This document shows, piece by piece, positions 41,610 to 50,320 of a stretch of 64,000 nt of DNA. Under the pieces are notes generated by a model. It was not told the DNA's origin. It made no database searches and saw only the letters and a list, made by a program, of their open reading frames with translations. The translations under genes and the position numbers were made by a program. Source of the DNA: a bacterium (GTDB lineage Bacteria > UBA8248); assembly GCA_963692865.2 (NCBI GenBank), contig OY843592.1, positions 896,001 through 960,000 of the forward strand, written 5' to 3'. Numbering within the stretch: the first letter of the stretch is position 1; every line of letters begins with the position of its first letter.

Positions 41610-42197
41610 ATGTCTGCCATATCGACGCAACTTTTCAATATCGTCGTCGAGTCCATGAAAGGGAATTTCGTTCTGGTCTTGGCGGGACTTGTTGTGCTTG
41701 CCGTTTTAGTGACATACCGGTTCACGAAATGGAAAACGGAAGTCGATCTTGCAAGAACTGATTTGCAAACCAGATTCGATGCCCTGAGAACGGACCTGAA
41801 GGAATTCATGCAGGAAATACGGGATGATATCAAGTCCATTCGAGGGCGGCTGCCTCCCCAGGCGATTGTATCGGAAAGCCCTCTTCGTCTGACTGATTTT
41901 GGAGAAAAAATCGCCGAAGAAGTACAAGTGGACGAATGGGTTTCAGGATACGTAGAGGAGTTGTTGAATCGCGTAGCGGACAGCACCCCATATGCGATTC
42001 AGAAGTTGTGCTTTGATTACGCCCAAAAAGAACTTCTTGTCGATTTGAAAAAAAACTCCCCCGACGCTTCATGGGAAGAGACGTTCAAGGCGGCCGCGTA
42101 CAATAATGGGGTTAATTTGGCCCAGGTAATGGACGTCGTCGGCTTGGTGCTCCGGGACAAATTGCTGGAACTGTTGAATATCGACCGGCCCGAGTAA
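41610..42197 (+). CDS. Hypothetical protein: N-terminal TM helix, coiled coil, SPLRLTDFG domain
   Basis: Clean 195-aa ORF, more AT-rich than flanks; hydrophobic FVLVLAGLVVLAVLV. Confidence 0.7.
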   Translation: MSAISTQLFNIVVESMKGNFVLVLAGLVVLAVLVTYRFTKWKTEVDLARTDLQTRFDALRTDLKEFMQEIRDDIKSIRGRLPPQAIVSESPLRLTDFGEKIAEEVQVDEWVSGYVEELLNRVADSTPYAIQKLCFDYAQKELLVDLKKNSPDASWEETFKAAAYNNGVNLAQVMDVVGLVLRDKLLELLNIDRPE

Positions 42198-42229
42198 ATC
42201 GCCGGCTTTCATGAAGAGGATTCGTTCTC

Positions 42230-42535
42230 GTGAATCACCACCCTGTCGTAGTCATCCGTCTCCACGTGCGCCGGGAAGAGCAATTGGTGGATATGGCGCA
42301 AGAATTCGAACTGTCCGAACTTGGCGGAGCCGTTCCGGTAGCCGGAGATTTGATTGTAGAACCGGGGGTTCCGGAGCGGAAAGACCGATTCGATCCGGAT
42401 AATCGAACAATCTACGAAGTCGTTTCACGCTATTTCTTGCCTCGCGCGCACGGCGAAACGGTTACGTACGTAGCCGTCGTCGTGGAAGAACGGCAGGCAT
42501 TGGCGACTGAAAAATCCATAGTTTGCATTTCATAG
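42230..42535 (+). CDS. Hypothetical protein (101 aa)
   Basis: GAGGA RBS before GTG; protein-like composition; follows the 41610 ORF. Confidence 0.5.
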   Translation: MNHHPVVVIRLHVRREEQLVDMAQEFELSELGGAVPVAGDLIVEPGVPERKDRFDPDNRTIYEVVSRYFLPRAHGETVTYVAVVVEERQALATEKSIVCIS

Positions 42536-42655
42536 GGCGAGTGTTCATGGCGGACGAAAACCCCGATGCCGTCCAGCCGAAAAGCGAATGTCGCCGCCGC
42601 CGGACGCCCACGGGAACTTGGCCCGCGCATATGAACAAGACCCCGCAACTCATCC

Positions 42656-42714
42656 CCCGGCCTTAAGGCGAAATATCGGCGGCTTAGCCTGAAATGGGTG
42701 ATAGTGGAATAGAC
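42656..42714 (+). repeat. Direct repeat, copy 2
   Basis: CCCGGCCTTAAGGCGAAATATCGGCGGCTTAGCCTGAAAT; 38/40 identical to copy 1, with AATAGAC resuming after a 15-bp insert. Confidence 0.9.
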
Positions 42715-42722
42715 TTTTGCGG

Positions 42723-43625
42723 CTAAAACTTGTCCACAGGCAAGTAGGCCTCGCCAGTTTGAGAGGCATGTCGCCTTATGCGTTCAACGACATCTTTGAA
42801 ACTATTCGTCCCGAGCAATACTTGGTATAGATGATTGTGGTCAAGCAGAAGAAGGGGTGTTTTTTTCCCGGATGCCTCTTCTATCGCGACCGATGTGTAC
42901 CCTGACATCGAGACGAATACACCCATTGTATTGTCCGCCTTGCTTTCAACTTTCGACCGAAAAACATCGATATCAGGTGCTCCAGTCTGATCGTTCGTGA
43001 ACTTACATTCAACGAGATAAGTTGTATCGCCTATCGTAATTGAGCCGTCAATTTCACGTCCCTTCGTTTTGTATGGCGACCGCGATGTAATTTCGCTGAA
43101 ATCCATCAACTCATAGAACCACTTTTCGAACTCTTTGCCTGCAGAAGCTGCTCCCATCTCATCTGCAAGTTCGGCAAGTTTGTCACTGAGCGATTGGAGT
43201 GTTTCCTGGGACGCGCGGGTTTGAGCCTGACTCTCGTGGAATTTCTTGCGGGCCTCCTGCTTTTGTTTCTCAGACGTTAGTTGCTTATCCTGCCTTGATA
43301 GAAAACTCCGTAGCGTACTGACCGCTTGTTTAGCGGTCTTTATTTTCTTTGAGCTGTCTTCCCAGTTCTCAAGGTCTGGAAAAGATGTCTGTTCCGACAG
43401 GAAATGGGCGAGTTCGATAATCTTTCTCTTTCCTTGTTCAGTTTTCTGTAGAGACTCGAAAGCACGCGAGATGTAATCTCTCTTTGTTTCATCAGGAAGC
43501 CATGAGGGCAGGCCCGGCAAGTTTGCTGCTTTCAGAAATGCCGAAAGAGCCTTTTTGCGCCAGAAAGAATGAAGCGCAGCCTCGAAAGTAAGACTGATGA
43601 GGTGGGGGGTAAGTTGTGTCTTCAC
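42723..43625 (-). CDS. Mrr-like (PD-(D/E)XK) restriction endonuclease
   Basis: GKEFEKW...EIDG...YLVECKF...GVFVSMSGYT..A; low GC. Confidence 0.82.
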   Translation of the reverse strand: MKTQLTPHLISLTFEAALHSFWRKKALSAFLKAANLPGLPSWLPDETKRDYISRAFESLQKTEQGKRKIIELAHFLSEQTSFPDLENWEDSSKKIKTAKQAVSTLRSFLSRQDKQLTSEKQKQEARKKFHESQAQTRASQETLQSLSDKLAELADEMGAASAGKEFEKWFYELMDFSEITSRSPYKTKGREIDGSITIGDTTYLVECKFTNDQTGAPDIDVFRSKVESKADNTMGVFVSMSGYTSVAIEEASGKKTPLLLLDHNHLYQVLLGTNSFKDVVERIRRHASQTGEAYLPVDKF

Positions 43626-43914
43626 CTTAAATACTCGCTAGCATACTTTTATATAATCGACCAAAAGGAACTCCAAGTATCATTTTAACGCCAAACTAGC
43701 AAAGAAATATAATCTAATCTCGCATCATCCGTAACCTTATTTATGGTACAAAACATAAGTTTTTGTCTTAGACGAGATGATACTAGTGGTTCATTTTATT
43801 GCGTTCTATTCGATGGCATGCCTTGAGAATGACGCTCCCATTGTGAACCGGGCGGCGGGTGGGGTATACCTTCGGGCATGAGGCGCTTTGAACCATACGG
43901 GGAGTCGCAGCGGC

Positions 43915-46900
43915 ATGGCCGGGGATGATCCGCGCGCGAACATGGAGGCCGCCTTTTCCGGCAGCTTGTTCGCGGGCGGCTTTCTGGAGGCCGGCATCGC
44001 CGACGAGGACGAGTGGAAGGAATTCGACGATTCCGCGCTGGACGCCCTCGAAAGCGATCTGCGGAAAATCTTCGACGCCTTCCCGATAGGCGGCTCGCCC
44101 AACGAGAGCCAGACGGAAGACGACCTCATCTGGCGCGTCCTTGGACGCCTCGGGTGGGAGTCGCACCTTCGCCAGCAGAATCTCTCCGGCCGCGGCAGGC
44201 GGGACGTGCCAGACGGCCTCCTGTTCGAGAACGAAGCGGAGAAGGCGAAGGCCAACGCCGTCCCGGAGGGGCCGGGGCGCTACGGGTTCGGCCTCGCCGT
44301 GGTGGAATCCAAACGCTGGGAGCGTCCGCTCGACCGCCGCTCCGGGAGTGAACCCTCCCCGCAATTTTCCCTCGACTTCGCCCATGATCCCGAGAGAACC
44401 AAAAGCCCCCCCGTCCTGGAAACCGCGCCCTCCACCCAGATGCTCCGCTATCTGAGGCGCCTGGACGATTTGACGAGCGGCAAGCTCTGCTGGGGCATCC
44501 TCACCAACGGCGCGCAGTGGCGGCTCTATTTCGCAGGGGCGCGCTCGGTCTCCGAGCAATTCTTCGAGGTCGATCTCGCGCGAGTCTTGAACCTCCCCGG
44601 CCCCGGCGAGGGATTGTTCACCTTTCCCGAAGACGCTCGCCGCCGTTGCCTGCGGGTGTTCGCGCTCATGTTCCGGCGAGAAGCCTTTCTGCCGCTCTCG
44701 GCGGAATCGCGCACGTTCCACCAACTCGCCATGGATCAGGGCCGCCGCTACGAAAAGCGCGTCGCAGACAGTCTTTACGAACAGATATTCCAGGACAGGC
44801 AAAAGCGGGACAAGCAGGAAGAGAATCCGATTTTTCCCGAACTCGTCGCCGCCATCGCCGCCGCCGCGCCCGATGCGCAGCCGCCGGAGGTGCGCGAGGC
44901 CGCCCTGGTTATCCTCTACCGCTTCTTGTTCATCCTCTACGCCGAGGATCGGAACCTCCTGCCCGTCCGCGATTCGCGCTACGACGATTACGGCCTGCGA
45001 ATCAAGGTGCGCGACGATGTCGGGCGGCGCAAGAATTTGAAAGATACGTTCTCGACGAGCGCGACCCCCTACTGGTCGGCGTTCGAGGATCTTTGCCGAA
45101 TGATTGACGCGGGCGACGCCTCCATCGGCCTGCCGCCCTACAACGGCGGGCTCTTCGACCCCGAGCGCACGCCGCTTCTTAATCAGATTCGGCTTTCCGA
45201 TCAGATAATGGCGAACGTCATCGACGTGCTCTCCTTCGAGAAAACCCCGCAGGGCCGCCGCTACATCAACTACCGCGATTTGGGCGTGCAGCAACTGGGC
45301 TCCATATACGAGCGCCTGCTGGAGCAGGATGTCGTCCGCGTCGGAAACGATATCGAGGTCCGCCTCAGCCCCTTCGCCCGCAAAGGGTCGGGCAGCTACT
45401 ACACGCCCGACGATCTGGTCGGCCTCATCATCGAGGAGACGGTGGGGCCGCTCGTGGACGCGCGCATGGAAGCGTTCAACGCCCGTGTTTCCGATGCCGA
45501 CGCGGATGAGCCGCCCGAAGCCTCGAAGCTGGAGGAACTCGAAAGGCTCGACCCGGCGGAGAGGATTCTGGAGCTTAAAATCTGCGACCCCGCCATGGGT
45601 TCGGGGCACTTTCTGGTCAACCTCGTGGACTATCTCGCCGACCGGGTCATCGAGGCCGTGGCCGAGGCGCAAACCGTTGTAGGGGGCTACGTCTCGCCGC
45701 TGACCGGGCGGATCGAGGAAATCCGAAAGACGATCATAGCCGGCGCCGAGAAAGGCGACTGGCTCGTCGATGCGGCGCAACTCGACGACCGCCACGTCGT
45801 CCGCCGCATGGTGCTCAAGCGCTGCGTCTACGGGGTGGACAAAAACCCCATGGCGGTGGAACTCGCCAAGGTCGCGCTCTGGCTGCACACCTTCACGGTG
45901 GGCGCGCCGCTCGGCTTTCTGGATCACCACCTGCGCTGCGGCGACAGCCTTTTCGGTTCATGGGTGAGCGTGGGAGTCGAGAGGGCGCCTGCTTCGCTGT
46001 TCCTGCACGAGTCCATAGAGCGGGCGACGAAAGCGGCGGCCCCCATGCGGGAGGTCGAGCGACTGACCGACGCCGAGATCGCCGAGGCGCACGAATCCGC
46101 CGAACGCTTCGCCGATGTGGAGGAAGGAACCAGGCCGCTCGACGCCTTTCTCTCCCTGCTTCACGCCCTCGACTGGCTGAAACCCGGAGAGAAAGAGGAA
46201 AAAGACGCGCTTCGCGATTTCTTCTTCGGCTCATTCGGCGATCCGGTCGGGATCGCTATGGGTGAAGCGCCCAAGAAAAAACGGGGAGTGAGACGCCTCG
46301 CCGCTCTATTGGAGAAGGCGCGCGCCCTTATCGGAGAGGAACGCTTTCTCCACTGGCAGGCGGCGTTCCCGGGCGTATGGTCGCAATGGGAAAGCAAGGA
46401 GCGCAAGGGCGGTTTCGACGCCGTTATCGGCAATCCGCCTTGGGACCGCGTGAAGCTGCAACAGGTGGAATGGTTCGCCGCGCGGCAGCCCGAGATCGCC
46501 CACGCCCCCCGCGCCGCCGACCGCAGGCGGATGATCCTCGATCTGGAGAAGGCGGAAGACCCGCTCGCTTATGATTTCGCACATGCGAGCGAACGCGCAA
46601 AGGACACGGCGCAGATGGCGAGAGCCTGCGGCGACTACCCTCTACTATCGGGCGGCGACGTGAACCTCTATTCGCTCTTCGTCGAGCGCGCCATGTCGCT
46701 GGTGAAGCCGGACGGCATGGTCGGCCTCCTCACGCCCTCCGGCATCGCCTCGGACAAGACGGCGGCCCGGTTCTTCAAGGGCGTGGCGACGGAAGGCAGG
46801 CTGAAGGCTCTCTATGATTTCGAGAACAAGAAAGTCTTCTTTCCCCATGTTCATGCGTCGTTCAAGTTCTGCGTGTTCGTCGCAAGTCCATCGCCAATCG

Positions 46901-48102
46901 AAGAGTCCGCCGAGTGCGCTTTCTACCTTCACGGTGTCCCCGAACTAAAAGCTACCGAGCCTGCGCGCCGCTTTGCGCTGAGCGCGGATGACTTCGCCCG
47001 GGTAAATCCCAACACGGGCACCGCGCCCATCTTCCGCACTGAGCGGGACGCGGAACTCACCAAAGCGATCTACAAACGCCTGCCGGTTCTGGTGAATCGC
47101 TCGTCGGGCCAGGAAGTAAAGACGTGGCCGGTGAAGTATTCGACCATGTTCCACATGGCCAATGACTCGGGCCTGTTTCGCACGCAGGAGGAACTTGAGA
47201 AGAACGAGAGAGCCTGGCCCATAGGCGGCAACCGCTACCAGAGCGATGCAGGGGACTGGGTTCCGCTCTACGAAGGCAAGATGGTGCAGGCGTTCGACCA
47301 CCGTGCGGCCGATGTAACAGTGCAAGACGCAAATCTTTTTCGCCCTGGGCAACAGGAGGCACTCACGGCCCAGAACAAGCAAGATTTTGGCCGCTTTCCG
47401 AGACCACGCTACTATGTTCAAGTAAACTCAGGAAGGTGGCATTGGAGCGATTCTTGGGTTATCTCCTTCAAGGATATTACGGCGGCAACCAACATGAGGA
47501 CGATGATTGCAGCCATTATGCCCAGAGCCGGGGCAGGACATACGCTTGCTTTACTCCCTATGGATCACAACACAACTGATCGAATGACACTAGCAAGTCG
47601 AATAGTCGCGAATTTGAATGCTTTGCCGTTCGATTTTGTCGCCCGGCAAAAAGTGCCTACAACTCACTTTACTTGGTACGTCTTGGAACAACTCCCCGTA
47701 GTTCCGCCCAAAACTTTTGACGCCACTTCTTTCGGCCCCAAAACCGCCGGGGAGATCGTCCGCGAGGCCGTGCTGGAACTTACCTACACCGCGCACGACA
47801 TGGCGCCCTTCGCCCGGGATATGGGCCACGTCGATGAAGCGGGAGAAGTCTTGCCTCCCTTCGCGTGGGACGAGGAGCGCCGTCTCCATCTTCGCGCCAA
47901 GCTGGACGCCGTTTTCTTTCATCTCTACGGCGTTACCGACCGGGACGACGCGCGCTACGTCTACTCCACCTTCCCCATCGTCGAGCGTGAGGAAGCTAAA
48001 AAGTATGGCGACTACCGCTCGCGCGAGTTGTGCCTCGCCTGGATGAACGCGCTGGCCGCAGGCGCGCCCGACGCGGAGGTCAGCCTCCAGCGCCCTCGTT
48101 GA
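43915..48102 (+). CDS. Type IIG restriction-modification fusion (Eco57I-like REase + N6-adenine MTase + TRD)
   Basis: PDGLLF...VVESKRW and LTNG..WR nuclease motifs; LGSIYERLL, GSYYTP, DPAMGSGHFL, GVDKNPMAVELAK, GNPPW. Confidence 0.92.
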   Translation: MAGDDPRANMEAAFSGSLFAGGFLEAGIADEDEWKEFDDSALDALESDLRKIFDAFPIGGSPNESQTEDDLIWRVLGRLGWESHLRQQNLSGRGRRDVPDGLLFENEAEKAKANAVPEGPGRYGFGLAVVESKRWERPLDRRSGSEPSPQFSLDFAHDPERTKSPPVLETAPSTQMLRYLRRLDDLTSGKLCWGILTNGAQWRLYFAGARSVSEQFFEVDLARVLNLPGPGEGLFTFPEDARRRCLRVFALMFRREAFLPLSAESRTFHQLAMDQGRRYEKRVADSLYEQIFQDRQKRDKQEENPIFPELVAAIAAAAPDAQPPEVREAALVILYRFLFILYAEDRNLLPVRDSRYDDYGLRIKVRDDVGRRKNLKDTFSTSATPYWSAFEDLCRMIDAGDASIGLPPYNGGLFDPERTPLLNQIRLSDQIMANVIDVLSFEKTPQGRRYINYRDLGVQQLGSIYERLLEQDVVRVGNDIEVRLSPFARKGSGSYYTPDDLVGLIIEETVGPLVDARMEAFNARVSDADADEPPEASKLEELERLDPAERILELKICDPAMGSGHFLVNLVDYLADRVIEAVAEAQTVVGGYVSPLTGRIEEIRKTIIAGAEKGDWLVDAAQLDDRHVVRRMVLKRCVYGVDKNPMAVELAKVALWLHTFTVGAPLGFLDHHLRCGDSLFGSWVSVGVERAPASLFLHESIERATKAAAPMREVERLTDAEIAEAHESAERFADVEEGTRPLDAFLSLLHALDWLKPGEKEEKDALRDFFFGSFGDPVGIAMGEAPKKKRGVRRLAALLEKARALIGEERFLHWQAAFPGVWSQWESKERKGGFDAVIGNPPWDRVKLQQVEWFAARQPEIAHAPRAADRRRMILDLEKAEDPLAYDFAHASERAKDTAQMARACGDYPLLSGGDVNLYSLFVERAMSLVKPDGMVGLLTPSGIASDKTAARFFKGVATEGRLKALYDFENKKVFFPHVHASFKFCVFVASPSPIEESAECAFYLHGVPELKATEPARRFALSADDFARVNPNTGTAPIFRTERDAELTKAIYKRLPVLVNRSSGQEVKTWPVKYSTMFHMANDSGLFRTQEELEKNERAWPIGGNRYQSDAGDWVPLYEGKMVQAFDHRAADVTVQDANLFRPGQQEALTAQNKQDFGRFPRPRYYVQVNSGRWHWSDSWVISFKDITAATNMRTMIAAIMPRAGAGHTLALLPMDHNTTDRMTLASRIVANLNALPFDFVARQKVPTTHFTWYVLEQLPVVPPKTFDATSFGPKTAGEIVREAVLELTYTAHDMAPFARDMGHVDEAGEVLPPFAWDEERRLHLRAKLDAVFFHLYGVTDRDDARYVYSTFPIVEREEAKKYGDYRSRELCLAWMNALAAGAPDAEVSLQRPR

Positions 48103-48164
48103 CACCGCGCATCCCGCGTGAAAGCATCGCGTGGAATTTCGCGCGGCGGGCGGGGAGATATCAC

Positions 48165-48950
48165 ATGCGTGACATGGAAGGAAAAATCGCCCTCGTGGCG
48201 GCGGGGAGCAAGGGCCTGGGCCGCGCCTCGGCGCTCAAGATGGCGATGCGGGGCGCGAGCGTGGCCATCTGCGCGCGCGATGAAGCCGCTTGCGCGGCCG
48301 CCGCAGCGGACATCGCCAAACGAGCGGGCGTTGAAACCTGGGGTTGCGCGGCGGACGTGAGCACGGCCGAGGGCGTCCGGAAATTCGTCGGCGGGGCGGC
48401 GGCGCATTTCGGCGGCGTGGACGTGCTCGTCGCGAACGCGGGCGGCCCGCCCAGAGGCGCGTTCGAGGATTTCGGGGACGACGCCTGGTTCGACGCCTTC
48501 GAACTCGGCGTCATGAGCGCGGTGCGCCTCGTGCGCGAAGCGCTCCCGCGCATGAGGGGGCGCGGCGGCGGGAGAATCCTCTTCATCCTCTCCAGTTCGG
48601 TGCGCGAGCCCATCGACGACCTCCTGCTCTCGAACGTCATGCGGCCCGCCGTGGCCGGCCTGGCGAAATCGCTCTCGCGCGCACTGGGGGAGGAGAACAT
48701 TCTCGTGAACGTGGTCATCCCCGGCGTCATCAAAACCGAGCGCGCCATGGGGGGCCGCGAATCCCTGGCGAAGCGGCTGGGCATCACTCTCGAGGAGTCC
48801 GTCGCCCGCGTGGAGCGCGAGGTGCCGCTGGGCCGCCTGGGCGAGCCCGAGGAGTTCGGCGCGATGGTGGCGTTTCTCGCCTCGCCCGAGGCGAGCTACA
48901 TATCCGGCGGCGTCTTCGCGGTGGACGGGGGGCGGCTCAAGGCGATTTGA
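48165..48950 (+). CDS. SDR family oxidoreductase
   Basis: AAGSKGLG, VANAGGP, PGVIKT, GGVFAVDGG. Confidence 0.9.
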   Translation: MRDMEGKIALVAAGSKGLGRASALKMAMRGASVAICARDEAACAAAAADIAKRAGVETWGCAADVSTAEGVRKFVGGAAAHFGGVDVLVANAGGPPRGAFEDFGDDAWFDAFELGVMSAVRLVREALPRMRGRGGGRILFILSSSVREPIDDLLLSNVMRPAVAGLAKSLSRALGEENILVNVVIPGVIKTERAMGGRESLAKRLGITLEESVARVEREVPLGRLGEPEEFGAMVAFLASPEASYISGGVFAVDGGRLKAI

Positions 48951-48971
48951 GGGATCAATCGCGACCGATCA

Positions 48972-49644
48972 AGGGTTGTTGAAAAAGCCCTGATGCAGCG
49001 TAATTCCTCTCCTCTTCCTGCGCTGCCCGCCGCTCCGCCTCACCCTGAGTAGCCGCCGGAGGCGGCGTATCGAAGGGGCGCCCCTCGATACGGCCCTTGC
49101 GGGCCTACTCGGGACGAGGAGGTTTCTCGCTTTCGCCTTTCATCAGGGTTCCTGCGCGTCGGCGGGGAATGAAACGCCGCCGTGTATTCGCCCGTAACCG
49201 CAGATTGCCGTCATTCCGGCGAATGCCGGAATCCGGAGCCGAGGAGAATGGCGACGCCCCGGTTTTTCATCCCCCACCCATTGGGGCTGTTGAAAAACCC
49301 CTTGCGGGCCGGTCGGTATCTCACCGTAGGGGCCGCATATCATGCGGCCCTGCCTTTTCGCCTTCACAATACGGGTCGCATGATATGCGACCCCTACGGG
49401 TAAAACGTGGTTGATGCGAGAGGGATAGGTTTTTCAACAACCACCCATTGGCGGGAATACAGAAGAAAAAAACAAAGGCGAAGTCCCTGGATTCCGGCAG
49501 ACGCCGGCATGGCGAACGAAACCGCACCACCTCGCAGGGGCAGGTCGCGACCTCGGACGGGCGCGGGGGCCTGTCCGCTACCGCCCCCCTCCCCGGTCGG
49601 CTCCATACCCGGAATCACGAAATCGGGACTTTTTCAACAACCCC
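48972..49644. mobile_element. TIR-bounded composite repeat, copy E (inverted relative to A/B; extra degenerate end to about 49672)
   Basis: AGGGTTGTTGAAAAAGCCC / GGACTTTTTCAACAACCCC; CTCACCCTGAG pair 49038-49119, GTCATTCCGGCG pair 49210-49514; right arm is the reverse complement of the A/B left arm. Confidence 0.78.
49283..49444. mobile_element. Nested TIR element carrying a GTAG REP doublet
   Basis: GGGGCTGTTGAAAAA...TTTTTCAACAACCAC inside copy E; CCACCCATT duplicated at the junctions; REP pair at 49324-49399. Confidence 0.78.
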
Positions 49645-49708
49645 TTGTCAGGGGGGCTTTTTCAACGGCCACGTATGCGGCTCCTGTGCGCCCCCTCGAA
49701 TGACGACC

Positions 49709-49816
49709 GCAGGGGCGGACCCGTGTGTCCGCCCGCCTTTGGGTATCCGCCTTATCGCGATCAGGGAAGATGGAACATGGCGAACGCATAGGGCGGACAC
49801 ACGGGTCCGCCCCTGC
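49709..49816. repeat. REPIN-like doublet with a perfect 26-bp inverted repeat
   Basis: GCAGGGGCGGACCCGTGTGTCCGCCC ... GGGCGGACACACGGGTCCGCCCCTGC. Confidence 0.85.
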
Positions 49817-50082
49817 AAAACCATTGCGCCCCCCACGCTCCGTCAAACCCCTCATTCATCGGGGGTGTTCTCCGCGGTTAGGAAATCGTGGCGTAATCGC
49901 CCTGAATTCAATCGTCTGTTTCACGAAAATGGGTGTTTTCAGCGAATGATGAAAAATGCCGAAAATGAAAAGCCTCGAATGTATGGCAGTCAATAGAGGG
50001 TATTGTCGCGGGATTTGCGGGGATGAGGTGAAAACATCCTGCGGTGAAATGTCGGAGCGCGGCGCACTTGAAATATGTGTTT

Positions 50083-50110
50083 GCAGGGACAGGCCTCGAC
50101 CTGTCCCTGC
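50083..50110. repeat. Single REP-like palindrome
   Basis: GCAGGGACAGG-CCTCGA-CCTGTCCCTGC, 11-bp stem. Confidence 0.7.
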
Positions 50111-50320
50111 GAGATTCCGCTTCTTCGCATTGCGGAGCCGAAACCCTGATAGGGGCTTGTTCGAGTTCGCCCCCCACCGAAACGAGCGCGCCCCATCTTT
50201 CTCCCGCCTCGCGCATGGAATATACTGCCGCGTCATACGACAGGTTTCGACGGTCGAGCCGCCTGCGGTTTCCAGCCGTAAGACAGACGCCCCGGATCCG
50301 GGGGCACTCGGCCATGATGG

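Noticed and set aside
41314-42714. Direct repeats as canonical integron attC sites
   Set aside because: They lack the RYYYAAC/GTTRRRY cores, are short, the enclosed ORFs oppose the neighbouring gene, and there is no intI in the window
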